From an uncultured Christensenella sp. (GTDB lineage Bacteria > Bacillota > Clostridia > Christensenellales > DTU072), in NCBI GenBank assembly GCA_905210905.1, contig CAJLYQ010000001.1:4664-68663 (forward strand): a stretch of DNA of 64,000 nucleotides. The letters are read 5' to 3'. The position numbers and the translations under genes were made by a program. Below the pieces are notes generated by a model, which was not told where the DNA came from, made no database searches, and saw only the letters and a list, made by a program, of their open reading frames with translations. Shown in pieces: positions 21,301 through 33,300 of the stretch; the first letter of the stretch is position 1; every line of letters starts with the position of its first letter.

Positions 21301-24300
21301 GCAAGCGTTTCTCTGCTTACGCCGCCGAAATAACTTTCCCAAACGTCCTGCGTAAGGTATTCGGAGGCGTTTTCCGTCATTCTGAGCACTTTGTACGCTT
21401 TTTCGTACGCCGCTCTCGCAGACGCGTTTTTAACTTCGTCGAAACTCATTCCTACGGTCGCAACGATCTTGTCGAGCGCAACCGCTTTTTCGGTGTCGCT
21501 TGCGCTATCCGCTCTCATTGCCGCATACGGCTCGGCAAGCGCTCTGTCCGTCGCTTCGCCGGAAGCGGCGAGTAAATCGTACAATTCGTCGAAGTCCGCC
21601 GCAAGATAGGACGCCAGTCTTGCGTATTTATAGATAAGATACGTCGAAACGTCCGTCTTCGCCGTGTAAGTTCTGAATACGGATTTCAGTTTTTCGGTAA
21701 GTCCGCTTACGCCGTAGTCTTTCGCATTGATCAATCCTACCATAGCGGACGCCGCTTTATAACCGTTGTTGCCTACGCTAAGGTACGATTCGAGATCGAA
21801 CGCCGATCCGGGCGCGAGGGTTTCCACAAGGTCGCCGTACAACGCTTTGAGCGCGTCGGTCTGCGTGAACAATGCGCTTACGTACGAAGCGAGTTTGTCG
21901 CCGTACGCTCTCGTTGCTCCGCTCATCGCTTTAAGTCCGTCGAATACGGTGGTTACGCTGCCCGTTCTTCCGGCAACGTCGATAAGGTAGTCGTCGAAGA
22001 ACGTCGCGTTCTTTGCGCCGCCGTAGTTGTACGCCGTACCGAACTCGTCGCCGGACGTCGTTTTTTCCGTCATATCGGTCGAATATTCGATGAACAGTTT
22101 TTCCAAGGTGTAGCGAGTAACCGCTCCGTAAACCGTGAAGTCGAAAGACGACGCGGAATAAACCAGACAAAGCGATTCTCTTACCGCAATGATTTTTGCG
22201 TAAGCGACGACGTCTTCTTCGGTGTATTTACCCGTCGCGCCGAGAGATTCGATCGCTCCGTCGTACGCTTCGACGAACGATTTCGCGAATCTGACGAAGT
22301 CGGTGTAAGTCGCGTTATAACTCTTTCCGTCCACTCTGTCGAGCAGGTCTTGTATCGTGTTTATTCCTTCCGCGCTCGCTTCGGTGAACAAAACTTCGAG
22401 ATACAGCGCTTTGAAGTCGGAGAATATCGCTTGTTCGAGTTCGTCGTACGGACTTGCGTTGCTTCTGAATTCGTTTACGTCAACGTTAAACGCATAAGTA
22501 TTCGCCAAAGCAAGGTCTTTGTCTTTAAGATAGCCGGTATCGTTTTCTCTTCCGAAGAGAATTTCGTACCAGGTACGGGTCTTGCCGTTTATCGTTACGC
22601 CGGCGCCGCCGTCAAGCATAAAGTTGACGAGTTTCGTCCAGGCTGCGGAAACCGCTATTCTCGCCGTACTGCCTGCCGTTCCGGTCGGATAAACCACGCT
22701 TACGTTTCTTCCGCCGTAAACCGTGCCGATCACGTCGCACATTACCGCAAGGCTCATCGCCGAACCGGACAATCCCGCCTTGGTCGCTTTGCTCTGAGCG
22801 TCGGTGAATATCTTGACGAAGGAATAGTTTTCTCCGTCCGTGACGCCGCGCAGCGCGCTTATAATATTGTTGTATTCCGAGTTGATATCGTTACGCAACG
22901 TGGTCAACGAACCTACGGTTCCCGTACCTATGGACGCAACGATTTTTTCTACGTAACTTATCGCTTTTTCAGCGTTTCTCGCAAGGAAAGTTTCTCTTTC
23001 CGTCTTAGTCGCGCCGTAGAAGGACTTGTACGCTTCGAGCGTGTAATCGAACGGATAGTAGGTCGTGTTCTTCTTTTTGGTCAGACCGAAGAGAATTTCC
23101 GCAAAGATGGCGGCTTCTTCTTTGGTCATATACATCGTCTTTGCGGCGGACGGCATCCCGATGACGATTTCTTTGTCTTTTTCCGCCGTCGTGGTTTCGT
23201 CCATACAGGTATACAGCGTTACGTTGTACAGCACTTTGTCGAACACCGCTTTTTCCGCCGCTTTGTCCGTTTCTCTCATTCCGGCAATACCGGCGTAACG
23301 GGTTTCCGTCTTCTTAAGAACTTTTCCTCCCGAGAACGTGTGTCCTTCGTCCGTCATTCTGTCAAACAGACGGTAAATCGTGTACGCATAGTACTCGAAC
23401 GACAGAAGTCTTACTTGTTCCGCCATATCGGTAAGCACGTTTGCAAGCGTTCTTCCCGCGGTCGTCCTGACGTCCGCGTAGGATATCCAGGCAGACGCAA
23501 GCGTCATCAACTCGTCGTAGTATTTGTACACGAGTTCGCGAGATTTCTCTCCGCTTACCGCTTCGGTGGTTTCGTCGAGTTTGAGTTCTTTCAGATACGC
23601 GTAAACGTTATCTCTGATTTCCGCAAGGCGGCCGAGTTCGCTCGCAGGATCGAGGACGAACCCGTTCTCGTTCTTGAGTGCGGTCAGCACGTCGCCGAGC
23701 GCGCCCGTCTGAATATACTGCTTGTAGTAATCTCTGCTGTCTACGGGTTTCAGATACGAATAGAAATGTTTAAGCGCGCTTACGTTAAAGTCCGCAAAGT
23801 CCTTTTCGGTTATAACGTCGCCGAACTCTTCGAACCATACGTTCATAGCGTTTATCGCGCTGTTGGCGTAGGTGTAAAGAGCGCTCGAAGAACTCGTCGC
23901 GTTGACGAGGTTAATATACGTTCTGTCACGGGTGTCGCCGCTCGTCACGTCGAACTTAGGTACGTTTACGCTCGGATCGGTGGTCATACTTTCCGTACCG
24001 ATCATCATTCCGGTAAACTTGATAAGGTCGTTTACGTCGCTGCGGAAAGAAGTGTGCGCTTTTCCGGAAAGTTCGCTTAAGAGAGCCTTATAAGCCGTGT
24101 TGTTAAGATACTCGTTGAGCGCTTTTTCCTGAGCCGCTTCCATCGCTTCCGCTTCCGATCCGTCCATACTCGGATTGTCCGGTCCGTCGGATTCGTACGA
24201 ATACTCTATGGTAAACGTTCCGGTAGAGGCGTAAGACGTGCTTATCCAACTCTTTGCTGTAACGTCGCTCGTCGTCCAGGACTTCGGTACTACCGTTCCG

Positions 24301-27300
24301 TCGCTGAGCACCGCTTTCGTGCCGCGTTTCTCGTTTTCTACGGGGTTTCTGAACGGTATCTCGCCTACGCCGAGTATTCTCCAGATCGAAGAAGAACCGT
24401 TGTACATCGGGAAGGTCACTCCGCTGTCTACCGTAATGGTCACGGTAAGGTCGAAGTAATCTCTTACGCTTTGCGTTTTCGTCGCGGCATCGTATCCCAA
24501 ATCGTCCTGTTTGGGTTCTTCGTATTTCGTTCCGTCTCCGTTGGTCTTTTGTACCTTTTGTGCCTGATAGGTCGAGGATTCTTCGTTGTTACGGAACGCG
24601 TTTTCGTCGGCAAGGTAGGTCTTTACGCTTTCGTAAAGCGCGCCGGCTACGTTGTCCGAACCCGTACCCGAAACCAAACCTTTGTTGAGTTCGAGAACTT
24701 TTTTGTCGAGAGAAGTGCCGAGTGCGGAAACGAGTTTGTTATAGTAATCGACGATTTCCTTGCTCGTGAGTTCACCTAAGGTCGCGTTGCTCGAATATCC
24801 TTCGCCTTTAAGGAGTTCTTCCGAGATCTTCGGCAGGTTTTTGCTGTCCGTCGAGAATGCGGATATTTCCTCGCCGAACTCTTCGTAGAAGGTTTTAAGC
24901 AACGGGTAGTTGCCGCTGTTTAACGTGCTGCCGAGCGTTTCCGCTTCGCGGTAAAGAGCGATAAGAGTAGCCGCTTGTTCTTTAACGGTAAGTTTGTTGT
25001 AAAGAACTTTATAGACGAGTTGTTCGAGGGCTTCTTCGAGAATCGGGCTTACCGATTTGTTTTCGCCTTTTATGCTCTCTTTATAAACTTCGAGTACGAA
25101 GTTGCCGAGTTCTTCGCTGAACTCTTCGCCGTAGATTTCGTAGTAGATATCCACGTTTTCCGCGGTAAACGCCGTGCTTTCGCCGATAACCGCGCTTGCC
25201 ATATTGTCGACGTTTTCGTCGGCGGATACCATAATTATGTCTTTCAACGCTTCGCGGTTTTCTTTGGACGTTCTGTAAATAACTTCGAAGATGAAGTTAC
25301 TTCTTACCGCGAGATATTCTTCGTACATTTCCGTCGTCGAAGAACTGCGCAGTACGCGTCTGTACGCCGCGTCTTTAAGTTCTTTTTCGGGCGAACCTTC
25401 GGCGTTGGCTTTCTTTAACGCCGTCAGAGCGGCTTTTTCTTCTTCGGTGAAGTCGTCGTCGTCAATCGTGATTACGTCCGAACGCTGTCCGTAGTAGTAT
25501 GCCGCAAGTTCGAGTTCTCCCTTAACGGTTGCGCTTGCCGAAACGTACGCTCTCGCCGCGATTAACGCAAACTCGTCCGCGCCCAGTCTTGCGCTTTCGT
25601 CCGAGTAATATTCTTTGGACGTGGTAAACGCGTCGTAATAACTCTTTGCGAGCGCAGCCGCCGCTACGGTTTCGTCGCTTGCGGACGCCGCCGCGGCAAG
25701 TTTCGCCAAAGCGCCGTATGCCGAAGCGTACAGGAAGATTTCGTCGCCGCTATCGGCAAGTATCAGGCTTACCGAGCCGAGTCCGTCGTTTGCAAAGGTT
25801 TCGCCGAGCGAAGGAGCGGCTTTTCTCGCCGCCAAAAACGCCAGCGCCATCGCATAAACGTATTCTTTGGAGAACGAGTCGATCACCATACCCGACACCG
25901 CGGATATCATCGCTTCGGTAGCGTACGTCGCCACCGTGGTCTTACCGAACGCGTCGTGGAGCGTTTCGTCTATTCCGCTGCCGCCCTGCGCCGATATCGT
26001 TTGTTTTGCCTTGCCGTAATCGTAGTAAATGTTTTCCAGCAAGTACATAAGCGTTTTCTTGTCGGTCTTGACGAGAGATTCGTAAAGCGTTCCGCTGACG
26101 GAACCGGAGTTAATATATTCTTCCGCCGCTTTAAGGAAGTCATCGGTGTTTTCGATGTCGAAGTTAAGTCCGCCGACGAGTTCGTCCCACGCCTTCGCGC
26201 TGAACGATTCGCTCATATAACGTTCGTACGTCGCTTCGCCTTTTGCGAACTGCGCAAACAGATTTGCGGACAGTTTGTACGTTTCTTCGTACAGTTGGGC
26301 GTACTCGTCGCTCGTCATTGCCGCGTCGTCCGTTCTGCCGGCGATTCTGTATCCTTTTTCGTAAAGGCTCTTACCTATTGCGGCAAGAAGTTTACGGGTG
26401 GAGTTGCCCACGTTGCCGCCGAAGTATTCTTTAACGCCGGCTACCGCTCTCTTGAAGTCGTAGATAAGATCGTACGCAAGAGAAAGTTCTTCTTCTCCGG
26501 TAAGCATATCTTTGCCTGCCGCAGAACCGGTCAACGCTTCCAGCGCGTACGCTTCGATACCGCTGGTAATCGAGTGCATAAGTTCTCTCGCCTTGTCGAA
26601 CGCTTCGCGTTTGTCCGAACCGCTTACTTCGATTTCGGCTACGCCCTTGATAATCGCAACCGCCGCGGGATCGCAATAGGTATAAATCATCGCGTCTCGC
26701 CACAGTTTGTTCTTGTAAGTGTTCTTATCGTCGTTGCGCATACCGGTAAGTTCGAGCGCTGCGTCCACTTCGAGAAGATCGGTAAGTTCTTCGTACGCAA
26801 CCGCGCGGTAATCTCTGTCGCCCGCGGTGGTCTTGCCGTAGTTCTCCGAATAAATCGTGTACGCTTTTTCTATCCAGGCACGAGCGAACGCCGTCTTGTC
26901 TTCTTCGGTAGCAAGGCTTTCGTGCGCTTTGATTTCTTCGTCGATACGGGATACTTTTTCTTTCCACGCCTCGATGAGAAGTTCGTCGTACAGTTCGTCG
27001 TATTTCTCGCTGTGAACGATAAGTCCGTCGCCGACGGTTTCTATTTCCGCTCCGATAAGGACGAGCCACGCGTCTCTCGACACGATAAGTCCTTTAATAT
27101 ACGCCACGACGAAGTCGTACGCCGCTTGTTCGACGTCTTTATCGGTTTCATAAGTCTTTTGCAGGTAAGAAACGATTTCTCCGTACGCTCTCGCTGTTCC
27201 GCTTGCTTCGTCGCCGTACATATACGCCGAAAGCGCTTCGCCCGCGGCGTTCTTGTCTTCCGCCGTTCCGCCGAAGTAGGTGACGAAATCGTCGCCGTTT

Positions 27301-30300
27301 TCGTATGCCGCTACGAGCAGGTAGTCGTAAAGCGCGACCTTGCACGCCGCCTCGTCGTAGAAGGCGTATCTCGCCTTATAGTTGTTAAGCCATTTTTCCA
27401 CGGAAGTACCGCCGGCAAGGAAGGTCGTACGGATAAGTTCGTCCACCTTGTTCGCTTTTGCCGCGTCGCTTACGTTGTATTTCTTATAAAGTTGCGTTTT
27501 TTCCGCTATCGCACGGGCAAATTCGTTTACGGTAAGTCCGCTAGCGTTTATTTCGTAGTTGTACCCTTGTCCGTTCTTGTCTTCGTTAAGGAAGAGTTCG
27601 TCGGTGAAGGTTTCTACCGTGTCTTTGCCGTAACCGAAGAAGTTTTTGCCTTCTTCGATAAGGGCGTTCATTTCGTTGAAGTCGTTGTCGTTGAACACCG
27701 TGCTGGGTACGGTAAGTTTAAGACCGAGTTCTACGTCGTAACCGAGATTTGCCGACGCGGACGGGTTGCTGACGAGAGATATCATATCGATGACTTCGGC
27801 AAGGGATTCGCTGCCGAGCAGATATCTTACTACGCTCTTGACCGCGCCGTAAATAACCGTAACGGTAAGTCCTTCCGTTCCGCTGAGCGCAAAGTGCAGA
27901 TACTGCGCGTTGAGTTCGGCGTCGGTTATGGCGGGAGAACCGTTTTGTGCCTTGGCAAGCGCGTTGATAAATCCTGCGAGCGCCTGCGTCGCTTCCGTCG
28001 CCTGTTCCGCTACGTAAGAACCGTTTTGCGCTTCGCCGCCGAGCAGAGAACCGATGAGATCGACCGCGTTTTCTATCTTACCTTTGCCGAGCGTCTTGTT
28101 AAGTCCGGCAAGGTCGAGATAAACGTCGCCCCTTATGAGCGCGATCGTAACGGTGGACGTCGCTTTGCCTTCTCTTATAATGTTAAGCGTGAGTTTCGCC
28201 TGCAACGCCTTGATTATCGTCGTTATATCGTCGGGCATAACGTCGCCGAAACTCTTCGTCCCGGAGATAATATCGTTTATTATCGTGCCTATTCCGAGAT
28301 CGAGATCGACCGCTATTTCAAACTTAACCGAGTTCGAATCCAAAAGTTCGATTATCGCCTGAAGTTCTTTGTTCAGGTTAAGATTAACGTCGAGTTTTTT
28401 AAGCAACGTTTCGATAAGCGCTTTCAGTTCGTACGTTCCTTTCTCGTTGCCGAGTTCGAGATACGCCTGCGTGCCGAGTTTGATTACGTTAATTTCTCTT
28501 ACTTCGTTGTATTCCGTGCTGTTTATCGGCGACCAGTCTTCGAGATTGTTGAATCCTATATAGATTCCCCTTACTCCCAGATGTACTACGAACGTCGCGT
28601 CGACGTCGCTGTCGCCCCTGTTCGGGTCTTTGATTCCGCTGTCGCCGCCGTCAACGAAAATCGTGCCCTTGGAATCGATCGCTATGTTTACGCCCAGTCC
28701 GAGGCTGAGAGCGTCGCCGCCGACTTTGATCGCTTCGACGTACAGTTCGGCAAGAGCGTCGGAAACTATTTCGAGAGAACCGAAACCGAGCACGCCGATA
28801 AGAGAACTTATCGCCGCTTTCTCTATCATAAGATAGATGCCTTCGCTGTCGCCGTACATCGTCGCTTCGAGATTCGTCCTCGTAGTGAGCGCGCTCGCCG
28901 CTTTCCACATCTCTCCTATCTCGTTCCAGGAGTTTTGCGCTTTCTCGCCGCTTCCGAACACCATTCCCGCAGCGTCGTCGAGTTTGATTTTTTGTATGTT
29001 AAGCGCGCTAAGGTCTACGTAAAGCGCACCTTCATAGTAGGTTATGGTAGCCCAAACTTTCTTTTTCAGTTCTTCTATGTCGCCTTCTGCCGTGCTGGGA
29101 TTCGTGTGCCACGCTCTTACCTGAATACGCACTACCGAGCCGCTTATTATATGGTCGAGATAGTTTCTGTCCGAACCGTCGCCGAGGTCCACGTCCGCGG
29201 CAAGGTCTATCGCCAGCGTCATATCGTGGTCGTCGTAGATTTCGAAGAAGATCTGTCCGATTATGCTCGAAAGGTTGCCTTCTTTGGTAAGGGAATCGAG
29301 AATATCCTTAACCGGCGATTTGTTGAAGTCCTGTCTGCTTACTTCTTCCGCTTTGATTTGGAATTCGAGAGAAGTGGTAACTACGAGATTCGGAAGTTCT
29401 TCCGCGATTTCGGCGTAGAGTTTTTCTCCCTTGTCGTTCTTGGGCAGGTCGAGTTTGGTTTCCAGACTTGCCGCGCTGTCCGCTCCGAGTACGAACTTTC
29501 TCTGATCGAGCGATACTTCGGCTTTGTGGATACCGAAGTCAAGACGAACGCCGGTAGAATCCGCGGTCGTGCCGTCCTTGCCGAGAGAGTTAAGCGCAAT
29601 CGAAAGTCTGATAAGATCTCTGTCCGCATCGGTGTAATCTTTGCCGATCAGATCGTCGTCTACCGCAAAAATATCCACGCCGAGCGTGAGATCGACCGCT
29701 TTGCTTACGTATTTTTCTATCTGCGGAAGTCCGAAGAAGTTGAGCAATGCGTAAATCGCGCCGGACGCAACCGTCGTGGACAATCCCGCTTTACGCAGTT
29801 TTATGTCGATGGTTTCGTTTTCTGCGGTTGCCGCCGCGTTTTTAACCGAGATAACGCCGTCTTCGTCGGCAGCGTTCATCGCGCCGTACATTGCCGCCGC
29901 CCCAAGAAGTTCGGGTATGCTGCTTACGTAATCGAGATCGTACGGAGCAAGCGCTTTCGCCGCGTCGCCGCCTAAAAGATTTCTTACGTATTCGATTGCG
30001 TCGCGGATTATCAGTCTTTGTACGTTAAATCTGCTGAAATCGACGTAAACGAAGTTCTTCGCCGTTCCGTCTTCCGAATCGATATAAGAACCGAGCGCGA
30101 TCTGCATTACTTTTCTGTCGCCGCTGCCTTCGAGCGCGTACAGCGTAAGCGCGATATCCGTCGTGCCGAGTTCGCCTTTGAACAGGTCGAACATATTTGC
30201 TCTCGCTTCCACTTCGAGTCTGAACTTCTTGCTTATCGACTGCAACGTTTCGAGTATAAGGTTGAACCCTAACTCGTTTCCGCCGAGTTCGATGTTAATT

Positions 30301-33300
30301 CCGAGATCGTTCATTACGGTGTCGATAAGTTTTTGCAGATTAAAACTCGTCTGATCCGCTTCGAGATCGAAGTCGAGAGAGAGTTTCGCATAAACGTATT
30401 TGAAGTCCGCGTCGAAGGGCGCGAAGTGGTCGGAGGGGAGTTCGTGAATGAAGTCGGCAACGAGTTGCTGCTCTTCTTTCTGTACCCAGTACCCTTCTTC
30501 TTTCGTCGCGGTGAACACCGATTTGTTGATGTCGTATTCGTCGAGATACAGTCCCGCTCCCGAGAACGCGACTTCCATTTCTATGTTGCCGAGCCAGATA
30601 TGTACCGCCACGAGGTTGTTTTCGTGGAGCAATCCGACCTGCGCCGTACCTACGCCGCCTGCGGTGTCAACGATAATCGTAGGAACGTCGGAGTGAGCGT
30701 TCGTGAACAGTTCGTCCATCGTTCCGAGCAAATCGTCTTCGAGTTTGACGAGTTTCCAGGTCGTTCTGCCCGACGCGTCCTTGTCGCCGTCGGCGAATTC
30801 TTTATGGTAAAGTATGTCGCTTCCGGCGCTCTTGTCGTCGAGTACGTAGGTGCAGTTGCGCGCGAGAACGTAACCGAACCCTTCGCCTTTTTCGGTAAGG
30901 GTCTTAACGTCCGCATAATAACTCGGCCACGCGTAGTTTTTGTACGCTTCTTCGTCTTTTCCTTTGTTCGCCGAAGAAATGTTAAGCATTTCCGCCGAGA
31001 TAAACCGCGTTTCGTGAGCGGATTCCATCCAGCCGGATTCGACTAAGTATTCCCACGCAAACGTCTTGAACGTTACGCTGAATCTGTCGTCGAACTTGTC
31101 GTATTTGACGGGTACTTTCAGGTTGGAGTACCAGGTAATTCCCGACGCGGTCGCCGTGGAGAACGGAAGAACGCCTTCGTCGAGCGTTACTCCCGCTTCG
31201 TAGAACAGATTGTACGCGCTCGAATTTACCGCGTTTATTGCGGTGATAAGGTACGAGTACGCAGTCTGATATCTGTTGACGATGTCTTGCCAGGTCTTAG
31301 CCTTAGCGTCGGTTTCGCCCGCCGTTTCGTATCCTTTAAGGTAAGCGTCGTACCAGCCGGCAAACAGCGAATAGTCTGCGGTGTCGAGATGGAAATCTCT
31401 CGTACTCGTTCCGTATCTCGCTGCCGGAAGGGTATAACTGCGGCTGCCGTTGTCCGACATAAGCACGTCGTACGCTATTTGTTTGTTGTAAAGTTCTTTG
31501 TTCGTTCCTGCGTGCGTGTTCTTGGATTTCGCTTCGTCGTAAACTCTGTTAAGAACGTACAGCATATCTTCCAGATACTGCGCGTAATCGTCGAACGCCG
31601 CCGCTTCGTAATAGTATTCGGAGTATTCGATAGCGGTAAGAACCACTCTGTCGCTTTCCGAAAGAGCGTTTTTCAGTCTGTCGGCAAGTCCGCCGATAAG
31701 ACCGTCTATCGTCTTGTCGCCTTCCTTAACGGAAAGACCGCTGTATTCGTTAAACTTAGCGAGCGTAATATCGTACTTGTCGTCCGCTTTCTGATCTCTG
31801 TCTTCGTAAACGAGTATCGCTTCTTCGTAAGTTACGCCGTTAATCGTCCAGTAGAAAGCGTCCCACGCGACGGACTGAAGTACCTGTTCGTCTTTCTTAG
31901 ACGCCGTGCTGAACCCGTCTTTGGACGCGTTTGCTACCACGCTGTCGTAAAGCGTCTTGCTTTGCGCCTTGTAAGTCGCCGGTAAAACGTTGGAATTGTC
32001 GGCGGTGAGCGCAACCCACGCTTCGCTCTTGCTTGCGACTACGTCTTCGGTCTGCAAGGACGCGAGCAAATTGTCCATATTTTTGGATATATTGCTCAAA
32101 ACTTTCTTTTCCGCTTCGATTTCGTCTTTTATGCGCTTTTCGACGAGTGCGGTAAACGCACGACGGGATATACTCTTTTCGTCGTTGAACGCTTCGTCGA
32201 GCATCTTGATGAGAACTGCCGCAACGGCGGTTACCGTCGCGCCGTAATCGTTACCTACGACTATGGATATGAAGTCGTCCATAATCTGACCGTCGGCGTT
32301 GCTCGCGCTCTCAGCGGCATTTCTTACCGGAGTTTCTCCTGCCGCTATTCTCTTCGCAAGCGCTTCGAAGTCGCCGTTTTCGCCGTAGATTTCCGATTTG
32401 AGTTGTTTACTCTTTTCGCTCATTTCGGATACGGACGAGTATCTGTTGTTCGCGCCGTTCGTCGCGTTCGCCGTTTCGCTCGCTTTCATTGCGGTGTAAA
32501 GAGCGAATATGTCGAGTTGCGAGTCGCGGATATCCTGCGCTTTCGCCTGCGCCACTTCTTCTTCGCTCTTGCCGAAAAGTTTGCCGAGGTTTGCCCAGAT
32601 GTCCGAACCGGTAGCGGTAAGGTTTATTATGCTTATCGGGCTTATGTTAAGGCTGCCCAAATCGATATAGAGCGACAGATACTCGTCGCCGTTGTCGTTC
32701 CTTTCTTTAATAAGGTAAATACCGATAAGGACTTTTTCGCCGCTTATTACTTCGTTGCCGTCCGCGTCTTTAACGGGGTTGCCGCTGTCGTCGAGTTGTT
32801 TTTCTCTCGAAACTATTTCGATATACGCTTCCGCTCCCGCCGCGCCGATGATTTCGGGTATGGTCATAGATTCGTAAGGCGCTTTGCCCGTTTCCGCGTC
32901 TTTGTTTATGAGCGACCAAAGGCTCATTACGTTTACTTTCGCGTCGATGTAGAAGTGCAGGTCCGCCCAGACCGTTTGCGTCGTGTCGATAACCACGTCT
33001 ACGTTGAAGTTATCGCCGAGCAGTATACGCAACAGGTCGCCGAGGTTGATTTTCGGATCTTTTCCTTCGTTGTCGGACTGATCTTTCGCGCCGAGCGACA
33101 GTCCGCCGTCAACCGATACTTTAAGCGTAGTATCCCACTGAGCGTCGATCGTGGTGTAATAATCTTTGTAAATGCCCGTGTCCGCGTCTTTTGCGTATTC
33201 TCTGATAACGAAACGTTTGTTACCGCGCGCAACGTCGATAGTCGGCGTTTCCACCGCTATTCTGAGATTAAGCATATTCTTAAGATCGAGTTCTACGCCG

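Noticed and set aside
28332-28341. tRNA T-loop-like GTTCGAATCC string.
   Set aside because: It lies inside the giant CDS, and no acceptor, D or anticodon arms can be built around it. No tRNA-like cloverleaf was seen anywhere in the window.
25956-29975. Very long + strand ORFs inside the giant gene (1,339 aa here; also 32403-35885, 11289-13577, 22350-24080, 9297-11015, 6315-8030, 13587-14942, 18591-19754, 20421-21575 and others).
   Set aside because: All lie in the register exactly complementary to the sense codons. They are Arg/Val/Phe-rich and low in complexity, lack RBSs and recognisable motifs, and are explained by depletion of TTA/CTA/TCA codons in the giant gene. They are shadow ORFs, not genes.
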